The translations under genes were made by a program, and so were the position numbers. From NCBI RefSeq assembly GCF_036971445.1, contig NC_091477.1:11966001-12030000 (forward strand): 64,000 nt of DNA, in the 5' to 3' direction. The notes under the pieces were generated by a model. It was not told where the DNA came from, searched no databases, and saw nothing but the letters and a program-made list of their open reading frames with translations. Below, in pieces: positions 35,705 to 48,829 of the stretch. The DNA is from Narcine bancroftii (taxonomy: Eukaryota). Position 1 is the first letter of the stretch, and the number at the start of each line of letters is the position of its first letter.

Positions 35705-36975
35705 CAAAGTCAAAGATTTATTGTTAGAGAACATACAGGACATCATGTATAACACTGAGATACTTCTTCCTGTGGGTGAGGCAGAAATTGGTAGTGCAAA
35801 AAATTTACTTAAAAAGATACATATGCATGTAAATCAAGAAAGAAACATCAACAAACTGCAATACTGACAGGAAAAAAAATCAATAAAGTGCAAAAGTAGG
35901 AGTCCTTAAATGAGTCTCTAACCCCTTTTACACTTGCATCCCACTAAATCGACCGTTCAGTTACCCAGGATAGGAAGGGTGTTTTTTGTTGTTCACTCTT
36001 GACCACTCCTAACTGGTACACGGAACGCATTCACACTTGTAAGGAGCTATCCCCGGGATTAGGACTGTTCTACCTTCTACTGATGATGTCATGACACATG
36101 GAGCAATGGTGAACCTGCCCTAAATCCTGATCAATGTATTATGATCTTGTATGTGACAAAATTAATAGTACCTAATTATAACATTATTAAGCTTTATTTA
36201 CAGCACAGTATGAGCCCTGTTGTTGATGTGCCGATCTATATAAACCTTTATAAAGGACTGTGGGAAAGTGCGAGCAATGCATAGCAATAACATATAATTT
36301 TTAAAGAGGGTGGGAAAGTTGGTAGCGCTATTGCACACAATATATAAATACCCTGGAGGGGGGAAAAAGCGATGGTGGACCTTCTCTCTCCGAATGCTGT
36401 GCGGCAGAGAAAGGGCTGTATGCGTGAAGCACTCATAGAGATGTTTCTCTGCCACTCGCATTCTGGGAAATCGTGTCTGCCATCACATTTTTCCACGGTC
36501 TTTATAAATTGTGCGCTATAATGCTACCAACTTTCCCACACTGTTTAAAAATTATTTATTGGTATTTTCTCTCTCTCTCCCATCCCCCTACCCACTGCAA
36601 CTTTCCCATGGCAAAGTTTATTCCTTTATATTTTAACCTTTTCTTCCTTCATGTTCCTGCACTTGTGCAAAAACTTGGGTCATTTCTATCCCAGAATGCA
36701 ATTGCCCTTTCTATACTTGCTTGATTGCAACGCTGGTGTCTACAGATGCCAGCAATTGTGCTGGGGTCGAGGCCATCTATCCCCAGTGTGACATGACGTC
36801 ATCTCACGCCGGCATTAAGAAGATTTTCCTTTCACACTAGACTCTTTTTAGGCCGTTAATTCCTGGGACCACTTGCAAGTGTGAAAGGGGCTTCTGATTG
36901 AGTTTGTTGTTAAGGAGTCGGATAGTGGTGGAGTAGAAGCTGTTCCTGAACCTGGTGGTGCGAGTCTTATGGCCT
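35705..36975 (-). mobile_element. Rex1-like LINE 3' end, split by the Harbinger MITE
   Basis: Homologous to 46225-46530 and to the reverse complement of 41500-41810. Confidence 0.75.
35920..36892. mobile_element. PIF/Harbinger-like non-autonomous DNA transposon, 973 bp
   Basis: 19-bp TIR AACCCCTTTTACACTTGCA / TGCAAGTGTGAAAGGGGCT; 3-bp TSD TCT at 35917-35919 and 36893-36895. The empty site is seen in other copies of the host LINE. Confidence 0.85.
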
Positions 36976-39900
36976 ATCCTGATCTATATCTCTCAGATTC
37001 ATCGAATTATTTTTCTTCAGTTTTATTTCTAGTATCATGAAATGTTGGGGGGAGGGGGGGGGATTAATTTTGCCATTGACAAATTGACTTCGATCTTTGG
37101 ATATTTTTGTATGTTGAATTGCCTCCATTTAAGACTTTTTAAATAAATTGTAAAACTTGCTGTTGAGGAAATGCTTCTGGAAGCTGAAACATAGCAATGA
37201 TGAGAGATGGACCATTTCAAAAAGCGTATGATTCACGAAACACTGCCAAAGTCGCACTGTAACAAAGTGTACTGGATAAAGGAATGAAAATCATAGAACA
37301 GTAACATTAAAACAAAAAATGCTGGAAACTCTGAGGCGGTCGGGCTCCACCTATGCATGTATGAATCGGAGTTAATGACTCAGTTTGAACACTTGTCAGA
37401 ATTTAAAGCAAAAGATCTGAAGAAAGTTCTTCGACCGGAGGCGTTGACTCATTTTTGTTTGTCCTTCCACAGATTCTGCTCAGTGCTTCCAGTATTTTCT
37501 GCATTTTGATTGTTATTCGAACAATGTGCCACGTCTTCAGTTTTAAGGTGTATGCTTTGATATTTGTGTGGCAAAAACATATAAACATATTTTGAATAAA
37601 TGGAATTATTCACCAGCATAGTTACTTTGCAACATTTAAACTCTTGGTGTTAGGGCACACTGCCACTTGAGGCTAATTTCTTTGTTTCATAAAACAGGCT
37701 GCTCACCTTAAAGAATCACTCCAAGACAGGCCCGATAATAATCGTTTTATACCCTAAAGGCCCTGCGTTGTCTCTGAAAATGCAGAGTGTGGTTGGAGGT
37801 GTCCACTCATGGGCAGCATGACTGATGCGTCGCTCTGCGATCTGCAGAACTGTTTTCCTTCATCCTTTCAGACTGGATCTGCAGATGTCACCTTCATATT
37901 TTACCCTGTCTCTCAGCAATGAGAAAATTCTGTTATTTTTATGCTTATCTCGAGATGAAGGCAATGAGAAAATGTTTTGGGTCTATTATTTTATGATTAA
38001 CAATATATTTTGTGTTTTAAAACTATATAAGCAATGACACTCTGGAATTGTATGTCTGGTCAAAAAACTGTGTTGTCTGATGTAAGAGTTCCTGAGTGCA
38101 ACAGATTTGCAATTCTCTCACTAAGCTCTTTGTACTTGAATCAAAATTCCCTATTAAAGTCTGCTGAATCCAACACTAATAAGAATTTAGACAAACTGAA
38201 AAATGCACACACCAGCAGAAATTTAAAGACTTTATAATAAATTTAAACTGTTTATATTACTGCAATATAAAAATGTTCTACCTTGTCTGCATTCGCCCAT
38301 CATTCCTATTCAGGAAACATTCGTATCTCACCCGCTTTGAGTACCTGGTGTAATAATACTAAATCTTCATCCATTATTCAATCAGGAATCTGTCATTTCT
38401 TCTTTGAATTGTCAAATGAAATCCACCTTCATTGTCCTAAAAGCTATCCATTTGCTAAGTTTACAACTAAGAAATAAATGATCACTATTCAAGTTGTGAC
38501 AACTTGTCAAGTGGTTTCAATCTGGGCTTTAAATTCCAATAACTCTGAAGCTAGTTCCACCTGGTTTTCCTCTTGATGCTCCTTCCATCTCCTGGTCTGA
38601 CGACTGGAGCATAGCTCACCAATGATTTCACTGCCTCCTGGAGCCTTTCAGTGACTGCAGGCTATGTCTAACCTGGCCTCACATTTGATGGTCACTAACT
38701 GAGATTAGCTGACAACATGCACTTGTTTTGAAACTCAAATTGTGGTGATGTGACACTAGATGAAAATTGGAACTCCTGCGACCAGCGAGAAACTATTTAA
38801 ACCTTTGCAGACTATAGATAAGTTGTGAGGAATAGTGGAACAAGCTAAAGGGAGGGAGGAGAAGATGGGGAAAATTGGAGGTCTCCATTGACCGGTCATC
38901 AGAACAGTTAGCAAGTTCCTGAATCTTGATTATTTTTAATCCCCCCTTGATGGCAACACATTTCCTTTAGATTGCAATGTATGGGTTAATGCTTAAAAAC
39001 AAGGCTGGGGTTCATGAAGTTCTCTGAGCAGTTGGCAACGGCATAGTTTCTGAACAATGCAGTTCTAATTTACTGAGCATGGGACTACAAGGTTGATTTT
39101 TATTTCATTTCCCATTGCCCAGATTTCAGTCACAACAAGGTTGAGGAACAAGTCAGTTTAAAATCTATTTATTGTTGATTATTGACCTGTGATTTTTTTT
39201 TTGTTTTAGGACATCAGCAAGTTTTTGAATCTTTCAGTGCAACTTTTTGTTTCTAGCAAAAGAGTGGTTTACTGACTCAAGTATGAGTAATAAAATGACA
39301 TATCTCCTTTGCAATCTAACTTTTCAATCCTCAGTTCCTCACATAAGGAATAATTTCCAATTGTTTTCAATGCCAATTGTTCCCATAGGACTGCCAGCCA
39401 TAATATTAAATTACAAATTAATTTTCTTATTCGTCAGTTTCTTTTTCACTTGTGGTGACCAGTAATTGGAGCTGAAAATACTTTGTGATTTCAAGGATGT
39501 TCTCATTGAATCTTATTTCAGTAAGTGGCACAAACATTCCTGTTTTGTTTTTTTTTTTTGCTGGATAACTGGGCCACGATTTCCTTGTTACGTTCCTGGC
39601 AAGGCTCCATTCCTGGATGCAAGTATCAGGAGTGTTTATTTTTCAGTTGTCCAGGAATAAACAGAGGCCCAGCAGAAGGAGCCAAGATGGTCTTTCTCAA
39701 TCATTCCCTCTCCAATGCAAGTGTCTGTTCTGCACTGAAATAAATGCATACTGAAAACTGGCATTTGGTTGTGAAATATGGAGCCCATATTTACAAACTG
39801 TTGGTATTAAAATTTAAATGAATCTTGAGCATTGCCTTTCTACCATCGGTCTCTATGAATATATATATATATATATAAAAGAAGTGCTCCTGTGACCCTT

Positions 39901-40549
39901 TCCCCTTTCCCCTTTCCCAGTGGGAGAGGGGTGGGGTGGATTTAGAGGAGGTTTTTTCTTTTTGTTTTTCTTTTTGTATATAAAATACCATATGTATTTG
40001 GATTAAGTTTGAAATATGTCTGTTAAGTGGTTTTATATTAAATAAAATTTTAAAAAGCTTGCATTTGGGTTTATGCCAGTCATCTCCAGATACTGGAGAC
40101 AGTGGTTAACATCAGTACTTATGATCCTTGGAAGCAGTAAATAAGCTGTGGAACACAAGAACCAAGACATAGAAGTTGGAGTTGGTACATTGGCCCCATA
40201 AGTGCTCCGCCTTTTAACAAGATTGTGGCTGATCTTTTAGTTCGGCCTGGTTTTCTGTGCATTTCGTGACTTTCGATATCCAAAATATTATTGGTTGCTC
40301 TCTTAAATATCGTCGGTGATTGGTCCTCCACAGCTTTCTTGGACAGAAAATTCTAAAAATTGGCAAAGGAAATTCTCGTATCAGTCCTGAACGATTTGCC
40401 CTTTGTTTTGAGAATCTGACCGCTGGTCTAAACAGCCGCACATCTATCGTGAGTTCCAAAAAGAGTTGGTTTCAAGTAAATCTCTTACTTCTAAACTCTG
40501 AGGAATATACCTCCTGGGCGGTGGAGATTCCAGATTAAAATGGAAACAA

Positions 40550-41810
40550 CAAGGGACAACTGACAGCTGGGGCAGAGTCTAAATGCCATAACCTGCTACA
40601 AAACCGGTGAAGTCGCAGACGGCAAAGCTTCACTCCAAATGGAACTTAATGACTTTTACACCCGATTTGATGACAGTAATAGCAAATAAACATCCCTCCA
40701 CATCCTCACGTCCCCTGCTGATCCCTTCCTGTCCGCATCTGAGGATGACGTTTGCTGTCTTCAGGAGAGTGAATCCAGGAAAACATCTGGCCCAGATCTA
40801 ACCAAGTATTAAAAATCTGTGCAGACAAACTTATCAATGTATTCACAGATATCTTCATTATCTCACTCCAGCAGGGTATGCTATCCACCTGTTTCAAACA
40901 GGCGTCAATCATACGATGCCCAAGAAGAGTGCAGTAATCTGCTTTAATGACTTTCGACCAGGAGCACTTACATCAACGGTGATAAAGTATTTTGAAAGCC
41001 TGGTGTTGAAGCATATCAGCTCTTCTCTGAGCAGTGAATGGATTATATTCTAGTTTGCATATTGTAGCAGCAGCTCTAAGGCAGATGCCATCTCACTGGC
41101 TCAACACGAACACCTGGACATTAAAGAGCATCCTGATGAATGCATCTTTATTGACTACAGTTTGGTATTTAACATCATCATCCCCTCAAAACTGATCAGC
41201 AAACTCCAAGACCTGGGACTCAACACCCGACTGTGTAATTTCCTTACTTCTGGACCGCAAAGTGTGCTGACGAGCTGCATCACGGTCTGGTATGGGGACA
41301 CCAATACCCTTGAGTGTAAAACGGTGCAAAAGGTAGTGGACAAAGCCCAGGACATTAAAGGCAAAAACCCTCCCCACTATTGAGTACATCTACAGGGAAC
41401 ACAGCTGTTGGAAAGTAGCAGCAAGCATTAAGGGTCCATACCACCCAGCACATTCTCTGTTCTCGCTGCTGTCATCAGGAAAGAGGTATAGATGCCACAA
41501 GGGTCTCACCACCAGGTTCAGGAACAGCTGCTCCCCCTCCACCATCAGAGTCCTCAACAACAAACTCAATCAGGGACTCATTTAAGGACTCTTACTTGTG
41601 CACTTTATTGATTTTAAAAAAAAAAAATTCTCTCTATATTGCACAATTGGTTTGTTTACATTCATTATCTGTTTACAGTTCTTTATTTATTTACAAGTGT
41701 ATGCTGTGTATGGTTATTTTATTTGCGCTACCAATCCTGCCTGGCCCACAGAAAAAAGGAATCTAAGTTGCATACGATGTCATTGTATGTACTCTGACAA
41801 TAAATTTGAA
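40550..41810 (+). mobile_element. Rex1/Babar-like LINE, decayed with internal deletion
   Basis: FRRVNPGK, DIFIISL..CFK, NDFRP.ALTS, FIDYSL.FNIIIPSKL, LTSCITVWYG motifs and family tail. Confidence 0.8.
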
Positions 41811-42560
41811 GACATACTCCCTGTTCAATTTCACCACAAAGGACAAACCCCCCCTCATTCCAAGAATCAATCTGTTGAACCGTTGTTATATTCCCTCTGT
41901 TTCCTGGGTAAGAATGCCTGATATGCATTTTGCCAATCTCACTAGAATTGTATATATTTTTAATGAGATGTCTTTAGTCTTGTGTTTAATCCTTCTCTCA
42001 TTGAATGCCAAAATACTCTTGCCTTTCTAACTTAATTGCTGTACCAATATATTGATGTTCAGTGATTCATGTACAAAGACACCCAGGTCACACAATTACC
42101 TTTCAATCACTGCTCTCACATTTTTTTTACATTCTATTCAAGCTGCCATGTTTTTGGCCATTTACTTTCTGCTCTACAAGATCTTGAAGTCTTTCTACAT
42201 ATTCTTCCTACTTGTGCTGTCACTCAACTATGTGGAAAGATTACACTTGTTCATTGTCCAGTCATTGATTAAAAATAGAGAATCCCTGCACTGATTCTTG
42301 AATCACGGTGGTTTCACAGCTTCGTTTATCTTTACTGTTTTTGAGCCATTAGCTAATCTTCAATCAATGAGAATATATTACCCTAATTTCAGCTGTTTTA
42401 ATTTTGTTGAATAATCTCTTGTGAGCCATGTTATTGAAGATGTTTCAAATTTGCAAATGCATCATGTCCACTGATTTCCCTTATTTATTCTGGAAGTTGC
42501 AGTCTCAAAATTGAGAACAAATTTCCTGAACATGATTTCCTTTTCACAAGTTCATTGGGT
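41810..42560 (-). mobile_element. Decayed CR1 fragment
   Basis: Reverse-strand degenerate RT segment (QHEFV, KHLQ..H.RL, GKSILAF). Confidence 0.55.
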
Positions 42561-42869
42561 AGCTTTCCCTCCCAGGGGGTGATTTGTTATCTAGCTTTGC
42601 AACTTCTCAAGCAGGCATGAGAAGAAAGGGATTAAACAGGAATGACTGTGATTATGCTGCAAGATTCATAAGTGCTGGAGCGACTCAACACATCGTTCAG
42701 CATCCATGGGAAGTAATGAATAACCAATGTTTCTGGCCTGATCTCGTTGTCAGGGTGTGAGCAAAAAGCAGACAGGCACCTGAATAAAAAGGTGGGAGAG
42801 GAGAGGATGGAGGAAGGGGCAAGGGGAGGAGTACAGGCTAACGGGTAAAAGGTGGATATGGGTGGAAGG

Positions 42870-43804
42870 TGTAATGGATTTGTATTAACCTTTAATATTA
42901 AACAATAATTTATTTTTATAAAAAATGTCTTAGTAAATTATAGAGTTAAAATATTGTATCTGTATTCTTTGTAAGTTAGCTGTCGGTTGGTACAGGGTTA
43001 CAAGCAGGTCACAGCACATTTATAGAGAACCATTGTTTTCTGAGAAGAGTGTTCATTCTTTGAGTCAATGTGTCTTGGACAGACAGAGCTAATAGATTTC
43101 AAGTGGGTCCTTTTGAGAACTGCTGAAGGAAGCCATCTGTTTTTAATCAAAGCCACATAAGCCTCTTGAACAGAAATGAGGTCAAAAATTGTTATGGATA
43201 TGGAATGGTTTTGAAAAAGAAACAATTTTTGATAGAAATAAAACTGATGGTCACATGGTTTATAAGAATTGGAACTCACCTCAGTGATGATGTAATGTCA
43301 CATGATTTGGGGAAATAAATTACTAAATTCAGACATTTTGAAAGAATTACATTTGGAGAGTATAGAAGTTAAAATCCCCGTGACAAAGGAGTTGAAACCT
43401 TGTGAATGATTGGGTTGAGTTACAGTAACCAGAACTGGTGCTGTTGTTAGTGTGCTACCTCTAGGGAAAAAGGAACATGGAATCAGTGGCTTTTGAAATA
43501 AGGAAGACCATTTCACTGTCCCTTTGGGAAAAGAAGACCGATTTCTACTGGGTCTATTTTTGTGTGGCCACTTCATCTGGTTTGTGACTTCATTGTGGAA
43601 GATGATAACCACATTTGTTTAACCCTTGTCTCAGTATGTGGTTATTTTATTCCACAATGTGAGTAAAAAAACCTCAAGACATTATGTTTAAAAGTGCTTT
43701 ATAATTATTTCTGAACTGAGAATTTAAGACCTTCAAGCAAGATTAAAATGATGCTGAACTTTTTAAAGATTGACTTTTCAGTGTGGGACTTTAATTATGC
43801 ACGT

Positions 43805-43864
<60 letters not shown>

Positions 43865-44016
43865 GGATTAATGTTAGAGCTAAGTAAGTTTAGAGATGAG
43901 TAATAGATGTGTTATTAATAGTTTAATAAAAAAAACGATTATTTTGAACTTACTATTGTCTGGTGATTTTTCCATTGCTGTTCCTGTGTTAGTGCAAACA
44001 AAAACCCTTCATAACA
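42870..44016 (+). mobile_element. Probable solo LTR (~1.15 kb) inserted in a Penelope-like remnant
   Basis: TGTAATG...CATAACA termini, AATAAA near the 3' end, and purine-rich Penelope-type flanks continuing on both sides. TSD not clean. Related sequence at 61885-62290. Confidence 0.6.
43807..43861. repeat. (CA)n microsatellite
   Basis: About 27 perfect CA units. Confidence 0.98.
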
Positions 44017-44794
44017 TTGGAGAAGACACAAAACTGAGATTGGGGTGGGGGTAACTCCCTGAATGGAGTCGTAATGGGGGTGGGGAGTTGGAGGAAAGGG
44101 ATGAGGAAATAGAGACTTGAGGGGAGGGGTTTAATAGAAACCAGAGAAGTCCATTAATACCTTCTGCTTGGAGGATACCCAGACAGAATAAGTGTTGTTC
44201 CTCCAATTTGTGGGTAGCTTTGTTTGGCAGTGCATGATGCCAAAGATAGACATGTTGATGTGGGAATGGTGTGTGGAATTAAAATGGATAAGAGTTGGGA
44301 TTGTGGCAGTCTTGCAAAGATGTATTCGAGTAATCAAGGAGAAAAGTGGTATCCCTCCCTAGCACAGCAGTTTAGGATGTGGGTCATGTTCAGTGCTAGA
44401 TTGTGCTTGCCTCATTTTTTTTTAGGGAGCTGGCAAATATGTCCTGCTCATTCTGTATCTCATTTTGGATGTTCTCACCTCCCATTAAAGTGAGTAGGAG
44501 GTCAAGTACTGACGCACTGATCTGGGGATGGACTCTAGTCCAGTGGCAGAGCAATGATGTGCTGAGAGGAGGAAAGTATGGAAACTGCATCTTATCCCTA
44601 GGTTTCACATGGATGAGGTTGTGGACCCTGTAGAGAAAAGGATAAGTGATATAAATCATACTTCACTTTAATGCTGCCAGAATTGGCTGACCTTCTGTGT
44701 CTGTAACAGATGAGTTCCTGGTACAGAGATTCAGCCCAGTTGCTTAGTTACCATTCTGACAACTCAAATAAGAGGGAAAAAATAGTTCTGCACA

Positions 44795-45640
44795 TAGAAC
44801 CTTGGAACCATACAACATTTCAACAGAAAAATGCTCTTTGGCCCTTCTAGTCTGTGCCAAACTAATTTTCTGCCTAGTTTCACTGACCTGCACCCAGTCC
44901 ACATCCTTCCATACCCCTCCCACCCTGTCGAAATTGTTCTTGAATGTTAAAATTGAGCCCACATTCACCACTTCAGCTGGCAGCTCATTTGACACTCCCA
45001 TCACTCTCTATGTGAAGAAGTTCCCCTTATGTTCCCACTAAACTTTTCCCCCTTCACCCTTGACCTATGTCCTGTGGTTTGTATCCCACCTACCCTCAGT
45101 GGGGAAAAAAACTTGCTTGCATTTACTCATCATTTTAAATACCTTTATCAAATTTTCCCTTATTCTTTAATGTTCTAGGTGGAAAAAAAAAGTCCTAACC
45201 TGTTTAACCTTTCCCTGTAACTCAGTTCCTGAAGTCTGGGCAACATCCTAGTAAATCTGTTCTGCATTCTTTCAATCTTATTGATATCTTTCCTGTATTT
45301 AGGTGACCAAAATTGCACACAATACTCCATATTAGGTCTCCTACAACTTTGTCATAGTATCCCAACTCCTATACTCTGATTGATGAAGGGCAATATGTCA
45401 AAAGCTCTCTTTAAAACCCCATCTACCTGTGACGCTACTTTCCGGGAACTATATCCAGTATCTATAATTCCCTAATCCCTCCGTTCTACTGCACTCTTTG
45501 GTGCCTACTGTTTACCATGCATGACCTTTTTAGGTTTGTCCTTTGGAAATGTAATACCTCACACTTGTCTGTATTAAATTTGATCTGCCATTTTTCAGCC
45601 TGTTTTTCCAGCTAGTCAAGATCCCTCTGCAAGCTTTGAA
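44795..45640 (-). mobile_element. CR1 LINE 3' portion
   Basis: Reverse complement of the WQIKFN.DKCEVLHF, EYCVQFWSP and NFFT.RV segments plus a GGTTCTA-type tail. Confidence 0.8.
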
Positions 45641-45987
45641 ACTCAAGTAATTGCAATACATTTTTTTGCTCCAACTAATGACAATTTGTCACATTGATAA
45701 TTTCAATTTAGGATTTCAATATTTTCTAGTAAAAATAAATCTGGATTTAGCAATTTGCCAGCCATTGAATGTGATTTTTTTTTTACCCCTGTGAGCCGTT
45801 TTGTCAAGAATTTTGAGGCAGGGCATATTTATGGAAGGTAAAATGAGGAATAAGACGGGTCGGAAAAAAAAAGAAATACAGGCTATGGTGATATGTAATT
45901 ACCCCACTAGGTCACCAGGGGTCATCCCGGTGATCTTGTATATAAAGCAGTCCAGAGCTACGGTCTAGCCTTCCAGGTGCGTACGGA

Positions 45988-46192
45988 GGTTCTGATAGTT
46001 CAGTGGTTAGAGCACTGGCCTTGTAAACCAGGAGTTGTAAAGTTGTTCCTCACTGGGTCTGATTTCTGTGAGGGGCACTGTACAAAGTGGTGACTCTCTG
46101 TGTTCCTTATGATAGACAAAGTTAAAGAATTTCATGTATGTTACATTCTGAATGTAGTATTATGAGACAATAATGGTACCTTGGCTTTACCA
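45988..46192 (+). mobile_element. tRNA-Thr(TGT)-headed SINE
   Basis: 45988-46060 aligns to tRNA-Thr (ATAGTTCAGTGGTTAGAGCACTGGCCTTGTAAACCAGG) with a decayed T-arm. The body is shared with the 5S-headed copy at 34155-34278. Confidence 0.85.
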
Positions 46193-46224
46193 AACAGAAG
46201 GTACAGGGATTGCTTTATAGAAAT

Positions 46225-46950
46225 TAGATTTCAGATTTCAAATTTATTGTCAGAGTACATTCATGACATCACATACAACTCTGCAATTTTTTTTCCTGCG
46301 GTGAGGTAGAATTGTCAATTATTGGTAGTGCAAAAAAAATGTACTGAACTTACACATGGTAACAAATAAATGTAAACAATCTGCAATACAAAGAGAAAAA
46401 AACCAACAAAGTGAAAAAAGTAAAAGTCCTTAAGTGATTCCCTGATTGAGCTGGTGGTTGAGGAGGAGTCTGATGCCGGAGGGGTAGCAGCTGTTCCTGA
46501 ACTTGGTGGTGTGAGTCTTGTGGCATCTATACCTCTTTCCTGATGGCAGCAGGGAGAACAGAGCATGTTCTGGATGGTGTGGATCCTTGATAATTGCTGC
46601 TGCTCTCTGACAGCTGCATTCCCTGTCAATTTCCTCGATGGTGGGGAGGGTTTTGCCTGTGACATCCTCTGCTGTGTCCACTCCCTTTTCCAGGGCTTTA
46701 CACTCAGGGGAATTGGTGTCCCCGTGCTAGACCATGATGCAGCTGGTCAGCACAATTTCCATTACACATCTGTAGAGATTTGCCCGATGTCATACCAAAC
46801 CTCTGTAAACTCCTAACGCAGTAGAAGCACTGATGTGCTCTCTTCTTCATGTGTTGGGCCCAGGAAAGGTTGTCTGAGATAGTGGTTCCCAATAACTTAA
46901 ATTTGCTCATCCTCTCCACCTCTGATTTCCCCCAATGATCACTGGATCGG
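46225..46950 (-). mobile_element. Rex1/Babar-like LINE 3' portion
   Basis: FKLLGTTISDNLSW and IIKDPHHPEHALFSLLPSGKRYR motifs; TGACAATAAATTTGAAATCTGAAATCT tail. Confidence 0.85.
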
Positions 46951-47459
46951 CGAGCCAAAGGGGAAAAAAAAAAACTATCCTTTTATTTTGGATGTAACAA
47001 ATCCTGTGAAGTATTTTTAGAAATTTGGCAGTCCTGCAAAGTTATCTGTTTCCTTTTTCACTGTAAAAGCTGCTACTTCAAATCCCTTGCAAAACCTTAA
47101 AATAGACCACCTGAGATTGGTCTGTTATTATGATTGTCGTCATATATTATATAAGATGTAAATGTGCTTAAAATATTTAAAAACTGACACATTTTAATCA
47201 ATTCATTGCTGAATCATGTCATCTTTTTCAATTGTAATGTTGCTGACATTAACTGAATGATTCATTCATATTTTGACATCAAAGAAGCAGAACTTTTAAA
47301 CCCGTTGAACACGTTTGAGAAAATGTGCTCATTTACCCTTCAGTTATTGGGGGGGGGGGGGGGGGGAGTTATTTGTAGTTATTTATCCACAGTTATTTAT
47401 TTCTCTGTGAAATTATGGGCCAAATCATGAGCGCTCTTGTTAATGGCTGAAAAAAAAAA

Positions 47460-47690
47460 CACATGGCACAGTCACCCTAGTGGGTAGCGCAACTCTGTTA
47501 CTGCACCAGCGACCCAGGTTTAAAATCCAGCACTTGTCTGTAAGGTGGTTGTACATTCTCGCCATGTCGAGATGGGTTTCCTCCGGTGCTCCAGTTTTCT
47601 CCCATCGTTCAAAACGTACCAAGGTTTGAGGTTAAGTGGGAGGCACGGGCTGAAAGGGCCATGATACTGTTCTGTAGGTCTAAAACAAAA
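47460..47690 (+). mobile_element. V-SINE copy
   Basis: tRNA-like head, V-domain, and GAAAGGGCC..CTGT tail with A-rich end. Confidence 0.7.
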
Positions 47691-48009
47691 AAACATTAAA
47701 ATAGCCAATGGTTTTTCTGGATGTTAACCAACCCGTTTCATTGATTCGTCTTCCTTTCTAGGCAATCACTCAGGGCAGTGACCACTTGTTGTGCTCAGGG
47801 CTGTCGAACACGTTCAACATCTCCCTTTCTCCTCTTGCAATTCTTCTCCATTTATGAAGGAGCTATCACACCTCTTTCATCAATTACTATTCTCACTTCC
47901 TTAATCCTTTGGAAGCACCTGTCTCTCATAGTTGAATCTTTGATACAAAACTTCGCGTTAACAATGCCCAGTATGAGACAGTATTAAACCGCATTCTCCA
48001 GTCCTCAGT

Positions 48010-48760
48010 GCAAAAAAAACGATCAGAAAAACAATACTTATGCACACCAAGTATTCATGCATGCAAATAAATAAATATTGTTTCATGAATGTGAGAGTCT
48101 TGAACAGGTCAGCGGGAGCCGCTCCTTTGGTCATTCAACATTCTCACTGCCCATGGGAAGAACCTGTTCCCCATCCTGGTGGAGCTGGCTCTGACACTCC
48201 TGTATCTCTGACTTGACAGGAGCAGCTGAAGGATGCTGTCTGTGGAGTGGAAGGGGTTCTCATTGATTTTTGTGTGCCCTCTTCAGACAGCGATCCTGGT
48301 AGATCACAGTAGAGTGCCACTCTTAGGGACCTGTGGATTGACATCCGATCCATTTCTCTGCAGCAACAGCATCACCCTGTGACTCAGCCAACCAGGACAT
48401 TCTCGATAGAGGCTCCTGTTGAAGGTTGACATAATGGTGGCCAGTAATCTTACCTGCTCAGTCTTCTCAGGAAGTGCAGTTGCTGTTGTGCCTTCCCTGC
48501 AAGAGAGGAAAATTTGAGTGTCCACGATGGGTCACGTTAGGTAAACTCTAAGGAACTTGGTGCTCTCCATCCTCTCTATTATAGAGTTGTCATTGTGTAG
48601 TGGAGGATGGTCATTCATGGTCCTTCTGAAGTCCACAATCATCTCCATTGTCCTGTCCACATTAAGGCTCAGGTTGTTAGGGTCGCACCATGTTGTGAGA
48701 TTTTCCACCTCTTCTCTGTAGTGAGACTTATTCTTGTTGCTTATGAGGCCGACTACTGTT
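48010..48760 (-). mobile_element. Rex1-like LINE 3' portion (second family)
   Basis: Reverse-strand motifs resembling MIVDFRR, FLRV.L and SCFSCSCQVRDTGVS..GTGSS. Confidence 0.65.
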
Positions 48761-48829
48761 GATGCTTGCTTTCTTAATGTACCTCTTTATCCTTGCTCAA
48801 TAAAAGTCACTCCCATCAGAGACTTTATC

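Noticed and set aside
45988-46060. Functional tRNA-Thr gene
   Set aside because: T-arm/B-box is degenerate and it is followed by a SINE body.
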